Of a stretch of DNA of 64,000 bases, positions 54,730 through 63,108 are shown in pieces (within the stretch, counting starts at the first letter, position 1; each line of letters begins with the position of its first letter). The translations under genes and the position numbers were made by a program. The stretch is from a virus (taxonomy: Duplodnaviria; Heunggongvirae; Uroviricota; Caudoviricetes): the IMG/VR virus record IMGVR_UViG_3300045049_000270, one strand, 5' to 3'. The notes below the pieces were generated by a model. That model was not told the DNA's origin. It saw only the letters and a list, made by a program, of their open reading frames with translations, and ran no database searches.

Positions 54730-55107
54730 ATGACCGTGCTTGACAAAGATAAGATTATCACTGTAATCGAACGCAACATTGGGCGAATGGGTGATGATGC
54801 CGGCTACGAACGAATCGCTGAAGAAGTAGTAGCGATGGCTAGTGGATGGATTTCGATTCATGATCAATACCCACCAGAAAATCCAGTGAATTCGGCCAAT
54901 TCAGTACAAGTGCTATGGTGTGATTCAGAAGATTCGATACCTGAATACGCAAGCGTATTCAGGTATCCATCGAAAATTGGTTATATCAAACATGATGGTT
55001 TCTTTGATGGTGGCGGGTCGTCATCTTATGTATTCGACTTCAAAGGTTGCAAACGTGATCTGTATTGGAAGTATTTGGACCCACTTCCTAACCCAGTAAA
55101 ACGATAA
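54730..55107 (+). CDS. DUF551-like hypothetical protein, paralog of 52702..53025
   Basis: GWISIHDQYPP...VLWCD...YWKYL. Confidence 0.65.
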   Translation: MTVLDKDKIITVIERNIGRMGDDAGYERIAEEVVAMASGWISIHDQYPPENPVNSANSVQVLWCDSEDSIPEYASVFRYPSKIGYIKHDGFFDGGGSSSYVFDFKGCKRDLYWKYLDPLPNPVKR

Positions 55108-55170
55108 TGCTTGATTTGGTATATATTTGAACATATCATTTGGTATATAGCCAGATCAAGGAGAACAACA

Positions 55171-55257
55171 ATGGAATTCATTCCTCTCATTATTCTGATG
55201 GTGCCCCTTGGGCTGATTGGGGGTTTGATTTTGACCTCAGTCAAACAAAAAGGATAA
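55171..55257 (+). CDS. 28-aa membrane peptide
   Basis: AAGGAG RBS; MEFIPLIILMVPLGLIGGLILTSVKQKG. Confidence 0.55.
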   Translation: MEFIPLIILMVPLGLIGGLILTSVKQKG

Positions 55258-55259
55258 GC

Positions 55260-55640
55260 ATGTCGCCGTTCGAACAAGCAAAAGCTATCATCGCTCATCT
55301 GAAACAACAAATCGCGACAGAATTTGCGGGTGAGCGAGCCAGCTATCAACTCCAGATCCAACAGTTGACTGAGCGTCTCAATGCCAAGAATGCGCTATGC
55401 AATCAACTTATGCATGAACGTATGGGGATGGTTGTGCAATTGCGCGAATTGCAAGATGACAAAATGATGCTAGATTGGCTTAACGAAAACAATCATCATG
55501 TGGAAGTTGATTTCCCGCCCGGTGAAAACTTGCGTTCGTCGGGTTGGGCTTTCTATGCACCAAAGGATTCTGGTTGGAAACCAGTACGTGAACGTATTCG
55601 TTCAGCAATGAAACGCCAGCGAGGTGATACTGATGAGTAA
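55260..55640 (+). CDS. Hypothetical protein
   Basis: AAGGA RBS; LDWL...RERIRSAM. Confidence 0.65.
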   Translation: MSPFEQAKAIIAHLKQQIATEFAGERASYQLQIQQLTERLNAKNALCNQLMHERMGMVVQLRELQDDKMMLDWLNENNHHVEVDFPPGENLRSSGWAFYAPKDSGWKPVRERIRSAMKRQRGDTDE

Positions 55641-55905
55641 GTATGAATCGACGCGGAAAGCCAATCAATGGGAAAAGGCACCATCAAATGATTCTCATTG
55701 GTCTATGGCTAATGGTGGTGATATCATCAAGTCTTACATCTGTCGCCCCAATCATCACGGCAACCATCCAGGCATTGAAGAAAAGCTGAATCGCTTGATC
55801 GATGCAGTTGGTATGATTACGGATCATGCAGGAGTCAATCTACTTGAAGTTTTCCATGAAACTGACCTGCAAGATTGGTTCAGGTTGAACAAAGACGAAA
55901 ATTAA
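55633..55905 (+). CDS. Hypothetical protein
   Basis: GAGGT RBS. Confidence 0.6.
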   Translation: MSKYESTRKANQWEKAPSNDSHWSMANGGDIIKSYICRPNHHGNHPGIEEKLNRLIDAVGMITDHAGVNLLEVFHETDLQDWFRLNKDEN

Positions 55906-55926
55906 ATTAAACACCTACATTTACGC

Positions 55927-55958
55927 TTGAATGGGCTAGCAATTGCTAGCCCATTCAA
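55927..55958. terminator. Perfect 32-bp palindrome (terminator-like or cruciform)
   Basis: TTGAATGGGCTAGCAATTGCTAGCCCATTCAA. Confidence 0.6.
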
Positions 55959-56226
55959 TTGCGGCATGATTATGTCGCGTCGTGTTATTTGTCACACAAA
56001 ATGCTAAAAATAAATGTGTTAAAAACTGTTTGTTTGTTTTCTGCATGCTAAAGTAAAATGTAACGCGTTAGCACTGAATCTGGGCCACGGGGGCTATGGT
56101 TCGTTCATATAAGGGCACTGCTCGTTGTTAATTTTAGGGCGAAGTACAGACCAACTTCGCGTGAACCATCATTGGGTGGTTCATATTGCAGCTTAACCGG
56201 ATGATAAGATTGTGAGGTAATCACAT

Positions 56227-56601
56227 ATGAAAACCGGACTGCTACCATGTTCAATCTGCGGTGGAAAGGGCATGGTAAAATCAATGGATCCTTTACATCG
56301 ACGAAATTATCGATTCAAATGTTCGCAATGTGGCTTGACGATAGATCGAAGTTTCGTTACAAGAGAGGAAGCATATGAAGCATGGAATTCGTTGCATTCA
56401 CCAAAATTAAGAGAAATTGCAAATTTCGAAATCCCAGACGGTTACACTCTTGTTCCGGCTGACCTTTTTAAGGAAGCAGTAGATTTAATACGCTCAATTA
56501 ATACTGACTTATTTCGACGATTGACGCCATATAATATTTGGCACTACAATGTCCCAAAAGTACCACCAAAAAGTGACCCGGTAGTTCCAATAATACCATA
56601 A
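56227..56601 (+). CDS. Lar-family (restriction alleviation)-like zinc-ribbon protein
   Basis: LLPCSICGG...CSQCG...EEAYEAWN. Confidence 0.7.
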   Translation: MKTGLLPCSICGGKGMVKSMDPLHRRNYRFKCSQCGLTIDRSFVTREEAYEAWNSLHSPKLREIANFEIPDGYTLVPADLFKEAVDLIRSINTDLFRRLTPYNIWHYNVPKVPPKSDPVVPIIP

Positions 56602-56607
56602 GAATAA

Positions 56608-57021
56608 ATGAAACGATATGTTGATGTAGTATGGATGAGTGCCGCAGCTGATCCTTCAAAACAAGAATCATTCACCACCAATGAACGACAGCGCTGGAGT
56701 GGTAAGAATAAACGCTCTGGGCTGAAACATCAGTTCAAACGTTTCCGTGGTTCATCAGCGGAATTAGATGAACTAGTACTCAATACCATTCTTGATATTC
56801 ATCGAAAGATGAACATTGGTCGATTTTGTGCTGAAGAAATTGGCTATCGTTTGAATATCAGAGTTGATCAAATCAAGCATTCATTTCATAGGTTGAATCT
56901 GCGTGGTATTCTGAACCAACCTTCGCGTTCATTTGCTCACGACACTAATCGAAATAATTTCTTCCACGGACCAGCGCACGGTTGGGCACCAAACATTTAC
57001 ACAATACGTAAGCTACCTTAG
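56608..57021 (+). CDS. Basic protein, possible winged helix
   Basis: EEIGYRLNI...IKHSFHRLNLRGIL. Confidence 0.5.
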   Translation: MKRYVDVVWMSAAADPSKQESFTTNERQRWSGKNKRSGLKHQFKRFRGSSAELDELVLNTILDIHRKMNIGRFCAEEIGYRLNIRVDQIKHSFHRLNLRGILNQPSRSFAHDTNRNNFFHGPAHGWAPNIYTIRKLP

Positions 57022-57160
57022 GCTCTGCTTATAAGGTGAACCTTATAAAAATAAGCTAGATTTCGTGTGACTATACGTATACACTGTACTACCAGTGATT
57101 CAGTGGCTCGCTGAACCTGGCGGTATCAATAGTGACTACAGAAGCAACAAGGAGAACGCT

Positions 57161-58039
57161 ATGGCAGAGTCCAAGCGTATACACTGGAGCCCAGAGCAGA
57201 AGTTAGCTATTGCGATAGCTGCAATGGAATATCAGCGTATATATTCTGATTTACGAAAAGTTTCAGTAATTCAAGCAGTTAGAGCGGGACAAGCGGTATT
57301 AGATCCAAGCTTACGACGAAATAACTTGAATTCAGCAGCGGATGTTCCGTGGATCGATGAATATTTTGAACTTGCAAAACAAGTTCTAGAAATAGAAAAA
57401 CAAAAAGCTGAACAACAATTCCTTCCAAATTTCCCCGCAGTATCCCCTCCCAAAACACACCAAGAACCACCAGAACAGCCTGCATCTGCCTCCATCGCAC
57501 CTGCTTTTGATGTTAGATCAATGGAACTAGAACAGCTAACATCAGTATGGCTGGAACGATTTTTCGACGAATACATTGCCCCACGAATAGGTAAGCTTGC
57601 TGACGCGATGGTTGCTACAAAACTAGCTGATATGATTGAGAAGGTGCAAGTGTCGCGTGGTAATGCGGGTAGATTACATATCGTAACTCCAGAAACAGTA
57701 AAACGGGAATTACGCCCAAAAGTGCTTATCTTAGGTCTATTAGGAAACCAAGAAACAATAGTAAAGACTAAGTTTGCAAAGCATTTAGATTTAACATTAG
57801 TGCGTTCTGATCATACTCATGACGGACTAATTGACCTTGCTAAATCACATGATATGGGTATTGTGATGACTCGTTTCGTTAGTCATTCAATGCAAAGTCA
57901 AGTCAAAAGCAATGCTCCTCATACGATATTTGTGAGTGGAGCAACGTCAGACTTGATCAATATTCTAAATTCGCTGATCAATCAAGGTACCGGTCGAGTG
58001 ATACAACACAACTTCTCGAAGAAGACATTCGAGGCGTAA
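57161..58039 (+). CDS. Hypothetical protein with C-terminal DUF2325-like domain
   Basis: KVLILG...IVMTRFVSHS; AAGGAG RBS. Confidence 0.6.
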   Translation: MAESKRIHWSPEQKLAIAIAAMEYQRIYSDLRKVSVIQAVRAGQAVLDPSLRRNNLNSAADVPWIDEYFELAKQVLEIEKQKAEQQFLPNFPAVSPPKTHQEPPEQPASASIAPAFDVRSMELEQLTSVWLERFFDEYIAPRIGKLADAMVATKLADMIEKVQVSRGNAGRLHIVTPETVKRELRPKVLILGLLGNQETIVKTKFAKHLDLTLVRSDHTHDGLIDLAKSHDMGIVMTRFVSHSMQSQVKSNAPHTIFVSGATSDLINILNSLINQGTGRVIQHNFSKKTFEA

Positions 58040-58138
58040 GCTGATTGATCTACATTTAACAAGAGCTTGGTGGTTGCCAAGCTCTTGTTATTTCAGTCAC
58101 ATGATCGTACCATGAAGCCAAAATAAACAGGAGCTTGT

Positions 58139-58384
58139 ATGTATTCACGTGAAACCATGACGATCGACCTAGCAGCTGATTTGACAAGTAGATGCTCAGA
58201 AGTTGATTACGATTGGCGATCACCGGTTGCGACAAGGTACAAAGCTGTTAAGTGGTGTAACGAGATGGGTAAACATTTGGTGGGCTATGGCCCGACTGCA
58301 CTTGATGCTGTGATTGCTGTTCACAACACATTGGATCAAAACATTGCAGAACAAGAGAATGCAGAAGAGAACGAAGATGAGTGA
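58139..58384 (+). CDS. Hypothetical protein
   Basis: AGGAG RBS; degenerate boxed promoter at 58085-58113. Confidence 0.65.
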   Translation: MYSRETMTIDLAADLTSRCSEVDYDWRSPVATRYKAVKWCNEMGKHLVGYGPTALDAVIAVHNTLDQNIAEQENAEENEDE

Positions 58385-58643
58385 TGAACAAAAACCCGAT
58401 TACCGTACTTTCATTCGTTTCTGTTTGCTGAAAGCAGATGGGTTATACGAGTCAGCAGCTCAAAACGGTAGTTGGAACGATGGTGGTTCCAGTCGCCTGG
58501 CTGATACCGTGAAAGCATTTGAAGCTGGACTCGCTGGTGAAGTACCAGATTCGTTACGCTCACATTACGATGAATTCATGCGACACCGGAACCCTGAATA
58601 TCAAAATTATTTGGCTCTTCGAAAGAAGTTTGAAGGTAGATGA
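58377..58643 (+). CDS. Hypothetical protein
   Basis: NPEYQNYLALRKKFE C-terminus common in phage proteins. Confidence 0.7.
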   Translation: MSDEQKPDYRTFIRFCLLKADGLYESAAQNGSWNDGGSSRLADTVKAFEAGLAGEVPDSLRSHYDEFMRHRNPEYQNYLALRKKFEGR

Positions 58644-59053
58644 ACAACATAAAAGGTTTATGCACCAGCTTAATTGGACTGATGAGCGATATTATCAGTT
58701 TGAACCGCAATGGTAAATCAGCGGGCGAAAAAGCATTTCAGGCGCAAATGTCCATGTCAATGTTCGTTGTAAACATTGTATCATATTACAATGTGATAAT
58801 GAACGATAACGATTCACAGAACGTAGTATTGCTTCGATTGGAGGAACCTAAGGGATGGCAAGAATTTTATATGAACGCAAGCTCATGTAAAACCTTTGAT
58901 TTTTCATTAAAGGGGCAAATTATTGCCTACAATACAGAACAACGATTAAAGTTTTTTGAATTGACTTGGAATGACTTGTTGAAATATGGCGGGTTGATTG
59001 CCGAAATAATCGAAGCTTCACCAAAATTAATGCAGATTACTAAAGGGGATTAA
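58640..59053 (+). CDS. Hypothetical protein
   Basis: ATGA overlap. Confidence 0.6.
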   Translation: MNNIKGLCTSLIGLMSDIISLNRNGKSAGEKAFQAQMSMSMFVVNIVSYYNVIMNDNDSQNVVLLRLEEPKGWQEFYMNASSCKTFDFSLKGQIIAYNTEQRLKFFELTWNDLLKYGGLIAEIIEASPKLMQITKGD

Positions 59054-59054
59054 T

Positions 59055-59492
59055 ATGAACACAGTAACGCTCAATAAGAAAAGTTGGCATTATTGGATTG
59101 CCAGCGAAGGTTCGGATGTCAGTGTGAATGCCGATAGCATGTGTGAATATGTGTGGCTTGTTTTTAAAGGAATTATACGGTTAAGCATTTTTGCTCTTGT
59201 TCTGTTGGTGGTATTAGGTTCTTATTTGGATCTGTTCTGGACCATTTGGTTAGCTATTCAAGCACACCTCCATCAGACAAAGATGCCAGAAGTTGATACT
59301 GCTGCACAAGTTGCTATTGGATTTACTGGTGTGGCCATATTCCTATTCGGTGTAATTCTTTATACTGAAATAGCCGAATACCTTGAATATCGTAGACCTG
59401 CAGAAGATCCGACACCAACAAGCGATTCGTTTGTACTCAATGCGTGGCGAACTATTCGTGAAAAGACCTGTGTGAAGGTTCAATTCAAGTAA
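59055..59492 (+). CDS. Membrane protein (2 TM)
   Basis: SWHY...CEY, two hydrophobic helices, KTCVKVQF. Confidence 0.7.
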   Translation: MNTVTLNKKSWHYWIASEGSDVSVNADSMCEYVWLVFKGIIRLSIFALVLLVVLGSYLDLFWTIWLAIQAHLHQTKMPEVDTAAQVAIGFTGVAIFLFGVILYTEIAEYLEYRRPAEDPTPTSDSFVLNAWRTIREKTCVKVQFK

Positions 59493-59611
59493 TCTTTTCA
59501 TTTGTTGATCGTTGCCACCTTGTAGTAAAAGTGCTTGACACACGAAGCGTTGCTAGTAAAATGGCAACGCTTCATTGTTTTTTCAAAACAACATAAAGGT
59601 GTGTCAATAAA

Positions 59612-59935
59612 ATGAAAACAGTTTTTGCTGTAATTGGTGGTGGTGTTCTCTTCGTGTTTCTGATCGTTGGTTTGACTGAATTTGGCTATCGTTTGGATCA
59701 GCATTATGCTCCTCGAGAAGAACAAGTTCGCCATGATACTTTTGAACAAAGCCAAACGTACAATGAAGGTGTCGCTCGTGACATCGCAAACTTGCGTATG
59801 GAATACCAAAATCCGTCCACTACACAAGCACAAAAGGACAACATTCGTGACACCGTGCGAGAACGTTACGGCGCATATGATCCGAGTAAGCTTTCTCCTG
59901 CAAATGCAGCATTCCTCACCCAGATGATCAATTAA
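59612..59935 (+). CDS. Membrane-anchored hypothetical protein
   Basis: N-terminal TM, FEQSQTYNEG. Confidence 0.75.
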   Translation: MKTVFAVIGGGVLFVFLIVGLTEFGYRLDQHYAPREEQVRHDTFEQSQTYNEGVARDIANLRMEYQNPSTTQAQKDNIRDTVRERYGAYDPSKLSPANAAFLTQMIN

Positions 59936-59952
59936 TTTCTCAAAAGAATAAA

Positions 59953-60471
59953 ATGAAACGTATCGTTGGTGTTATCGCGGTAGCAGGTATTGCTACGGTT
60001 CTTGCTGGTTGTGGTCCTGAACAACCATCTGCCGATCAAATCCAAAATCAACGCCAAGAGGCCTTGAATAAGCAAGCTACTATGAGCGTGGGCATGCCCA
60101 CAATTACGAATTTTGCAGAAAAGCGTTTGTTGAAGCAGATCTATGAAATGCGTGATCAAAGCATTACCACGTACACATATTTCATCGATCGCGATGCACA
60201 TTTGCATAAGCTGTGTGATTCGATTGGTTTCCCTATTCCTTATTCCACGGAATACACTAGCCCGCAATACATTGCTAGTTCGTACCAATCTGGTTATGCT
60301 ATTCTGCCGCAAGCTGATCCGAATGCTTTGTTTTCACCTTCCAGTGCTCTAGGTACTTGGATTCTGTGTCATAACCCGAATCCGAATCCCCCTGCTGGAC
60401 AACCGACCTCTGGCCCCGTGTATTCAGAACCAGACGTCATTGCTAGTCCGTTCCCATTGAACATAAAGTGA
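59953..60471 (+). CDS. Lipoprotein
   Basis: Lipobox LAGC; SIGFPIPY, LPQADPNALF. Confidence 0.8.
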   Translation: MKRIVGVIAVAGIATVLAGCGPEQPSADQIQNQRQEALNKQATMSVGMPTITNFAEKRLLKQIYEMRDQSITTYTYFIDRDAHLHKLCDSIGFPIPYSTEYTSPQYIASSYQSGYAILPQADPNALFSPSSALGTWILCHNPNPNPPAGQPTSGPVYSEPDVIASPFPLNIK

Positions 60472-60648
60472 TGCTTGACGGTTGCCAATTTTCGTGTATT
60501 CTTACGAACTGGCAACCGTTTTTCATTTGTATGTGAAAGCAGTAAAAATTACGGTTGCGGGTTAGCAACACATAAAAATTACTTTACAAGTTGGTTGTGT
60601 CGCATCATAATGATGCCGCATTGAGCATTTAGTAAGAGATCAAGTTCC

Positions 60649-60834
60649 ATGGACGTTGACGCACTTTTCATTGCAGATACTGTTGGTAAGAACATGAACA
60701 AAGTAATTGCTGGACCTTTTTGGTCAAGAGAGCAAGCTGAAGCAAAGCTAGAACGACTAAGAGGACCAGACGGTGATAAAACGCGCTTCAGAATCCGCGA
60801 GGCAACGATAGCGATAACCTTTAAGGATGATTAA
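60649..60834 (+). CDS. Small hypothetical protein
   Basis: GPFWSREQAE. Confidence 0.55.
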   Translation: MDVDALFIADTVGKNMNKVIAGPFWSREQAEAKLERLRGPDGDKTRFRIREATIAITFKDD

Positions 60835-61356
60835 ATGTTCGATAAAGTCTTTTTGGATTTGGAAGATACAGTGATCACAAATTGGCGTGATCAGTATTAC
60901 ACCAACGTCCAAAAAGTGCGAACATGGCTCATCGAGAATGAAATCAAAGAAGTTGGTATTTTTAGTTTCGCCATCTACGATGATGCTGATAAAACGATAT
61001 TTGAAAAGCAGTTGAAGGTTGGCCTGACAGATGTGTTCGGCATAAGAATAACTACATGGCCGTCTGTCTTAGAGATGATGGATATCGACACTCGTCATAC
61101 CGGCGATTACTGGCGCAACGAATCGTCAATAGGTACTGCGGTAACCGAATTCATCAACTTGCGTGGTAAGACGCAGGCCTTCATCAACTTTGCAAACGAG
61201 CAATTTCCTGATGCAAAGAGCATTGCGCTGCTGGATGACGTCGTGAAAAATACAATTATAACCTACCCAGACGAACAACGTACTATTCATTTAGTGAATG
61301 TTGATAAGCTACCGGGCTTGCCTGCATATCAAGTACCAAAGCTACCATACGCATAA
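60835..61356 (+). CDS. HAD-superfamily-like protein
   Basis: FLDLEDTV (motif I-like), IFS, K, LLDD (motif IV). Confidence 0.65.
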   Translation: MFDKVFLDLEDTVITNWRDQYYTNVQKVRTWLIENEIKEVGIFSFAIYDDADKTIFEKQLKVGLTDVFGIRITTWPSVLEMMDIDTRHTGDYWRNESSIGTAVTEFINLRGKTQAFINFANEQFPDAKSIALLDDVVKNTIITYPDEQRTIHLVNVDKLPGLPAYQVPKLPYA

Positions 61357-61414
61357 ACCCTGAGCGATGCAAAAATCTCTTGCATCGCTCATTCTTTGAG
61401 TGCAGACTGCAATG

Positions 61415-61580
61415 TTCACTTGTAAGGCTCCGGGGGTTAAAAACAATGAACACAAATATTCAGCAAATTGGCAAGAATGTTGTTGACTGTTTGGTTTGCC
61501 ATCTGTATAGTTGAGCCTACTGTAAGATGAAACATTGGGACTGAGATCAACAATGTGTGCCAGAAGGCCGGTCCCGTTAA
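61415..61580 (+). ncRNA. Candidate structured leader or ncRNA upstream of the DUF2828-like gene
   Basis: AGGCTC/GAGCCT outer stem, AATATTC/GAATGTT inner stem, GGGAC/GTCCC stem. Confidence 0.4.
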
Positions 61581-61598
61581 TTTAAAAGGAGAAATCAC

Positions 61599-63002
61599 AT
61601 GTCGTTCAAGCAAGCTGTTCAAAATACTGAAGTTTATGGTCAAACCGAGAATGGTGCGACGACACTGATTTCGAGCCTCGATCCGGTGGTCGATCTGTTC
61701 TTCATGATCGGCGCAAGCCGTGGAAAGGACATCACGTCTGCTTTTGCTCGAGCATACGGCGCAGACCGTGGTCTGACGCTTCGTTGCTTGGCCTACGCTC
61801 GCGATATTCGCGGTGGCCTGGGTGAACGTGATACGTTCAAGAACCTGCTGAGCTTCTTGGAAACCAACTATCCGAACGATGCTGAACTACTGATTCCATT
61901 CGTACCAGTCTACGGTCGTTGGGATGACTTGTTCGTATTCAAGACCGACCGTTTGAAGCATGCTTCGTTCGCGCTGATCGATCGTGCCCTGAAGGATCAA
62001 AATCAACTATGCGCAAAGTGGATGCCGCGCGAAGGCATGAAGCACGGTAAGATCGCGAACGAACTTCGCGAATTTATGGGCTTGACGCCGCGTCAATACC
62101 GTAAGCTGGTGGTTGGCTTGACGAACGTGGTTGAAACCAAGATGTGCGCGAAGGATTGGAACTCGATCGAGTTCGGCAAGCTGCCGTCGTTGGCTGCTTC
62201 GCGTTATCAAAAGGCATTCAGCCGTAACGCGGCTGATGCTTACGCGAAGTACAAGGATGCCCTATCGAAGGGTGAAGCGAAGATCAATGCTGGGGCAGTT
62301 TACCCGTACGATGTGTTGAAGGGTATGCACAACGGTGATGTTCAAGTTTCGTCGGCGCAATGGGAAGCCTTGCCAAACTACTTGGGTGATGACAAGATTC
62401 TACCGATGGTGGATGTGTCGGGTTCGATGAGCTGTCGTGTTGGCGGAAACGATGCCATGACATGCATGGACATGGCAATTGCTCTGGGCCTGTACATTGC
62501 TGATAAGCAGCAAGGGGCGTTCAAGGATATGTTCTTGACTTTCTCTGAACACCCTTCAATCGAAGTGCTGAAGGGTGACATCATTGCAAAGCAGCGCCAA
62601 ATGCGCAATGCACATTGGGGTGGTAGCACGAACCTCGAAGCAGCATTCGCAGAAGTATTGCGTGTTGCTCAGAATAACAAGGTTGCTCAGGCAGACATGC
62701 CGAAGTACCTGTTGGTGCTGAGCGACATGGAATTCAACGCGCATTCGGCTGGTGGCACGCTGTTCCAAGGTGCGAAGAAGCAGTTTGAAGCCGCAGGCTA
62801 TGAGCTGCCGAACATCATCTGGTGGAACTTGAACGCTCGCGAAGGCAACGTTCCGGTTCGTATGGACCAGAACGGTACGGCGCTGGTGTCAGGTTACAGC
62901 CCGGCAACGTTGCGTTCGATCCTGAGCTGCAAGACCGTGACTCCGCTTGACATCATGCGTGAAACCCTGATGACAGCACGTTACGACCAACTTGGTGTGT
63001 AA
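61599..63002 (+). CDS. DUF2828-like protein (TROVE/Ro60-like helical domain plus vWA)
   Basis: TENGA, RDIRGGLGER, YGRWDDL, AKWMPR, DVSGSM MIDAS, WGGSTN, LSDMEF, WWNL, VSGYS. Confidence 0.85.
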   Translation: MSFKQAVQNTEVYGQTENGATTLISSLDPVVDLFFMIGASRGKDITSAFARAYGADRGLTLRCLAYARDIRGGLGERDTFKNLLSFLETNYPNDAELLIPFVPVYGRWDDLFVFKTDRLKHASFALIDRALKDQNQLCAKWMPREGMKHGKIANELREFMGLTPRQYRKLVVGLTNVVETKMCAKDWNSIEFGKLPSLAASRYQKAFSRNAADAYAKYKDALSKGEAKINAGAVYPYDVLKGMHNGDVQVSSAQWEALPNYLGDDKILPMVDVSGSMSCRVGGNDAMTCMDMAIALGLYIADKQQGAFKDMFLTFSEHPSIEVLKGDIIAKQRQMRNAHWGGSTNLEAAFAEVLRVAQNNKVAQADMPKYLLVLSDMEFNAHSAGGTLFQGAKKQFEAAGYELPNIIWWNLNAREGNVPVRMDQNGTALVSGYSPATLRSILSCKTVTPLDIMRETLMTARYDQLGV

Positions 63003-63020
63003 ATACTTGGTTGGTGTTGC

Positions 63021-63048
63021 AAAAGGCACGCATTTGCGTGCCTTTTTG
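63021..63048 (+). terminator. Intrinsic terminator
   Basis: AAAAGGCACGCA...TGCGTGCCTTTTT. Confidence 0.8.
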
Positions 63049-63108
63049 TTGACTTGCTGATTTAACCACCGTATCATCTGGTGCCAATAACCTTCTGAGG
63101 AGGTCCAG

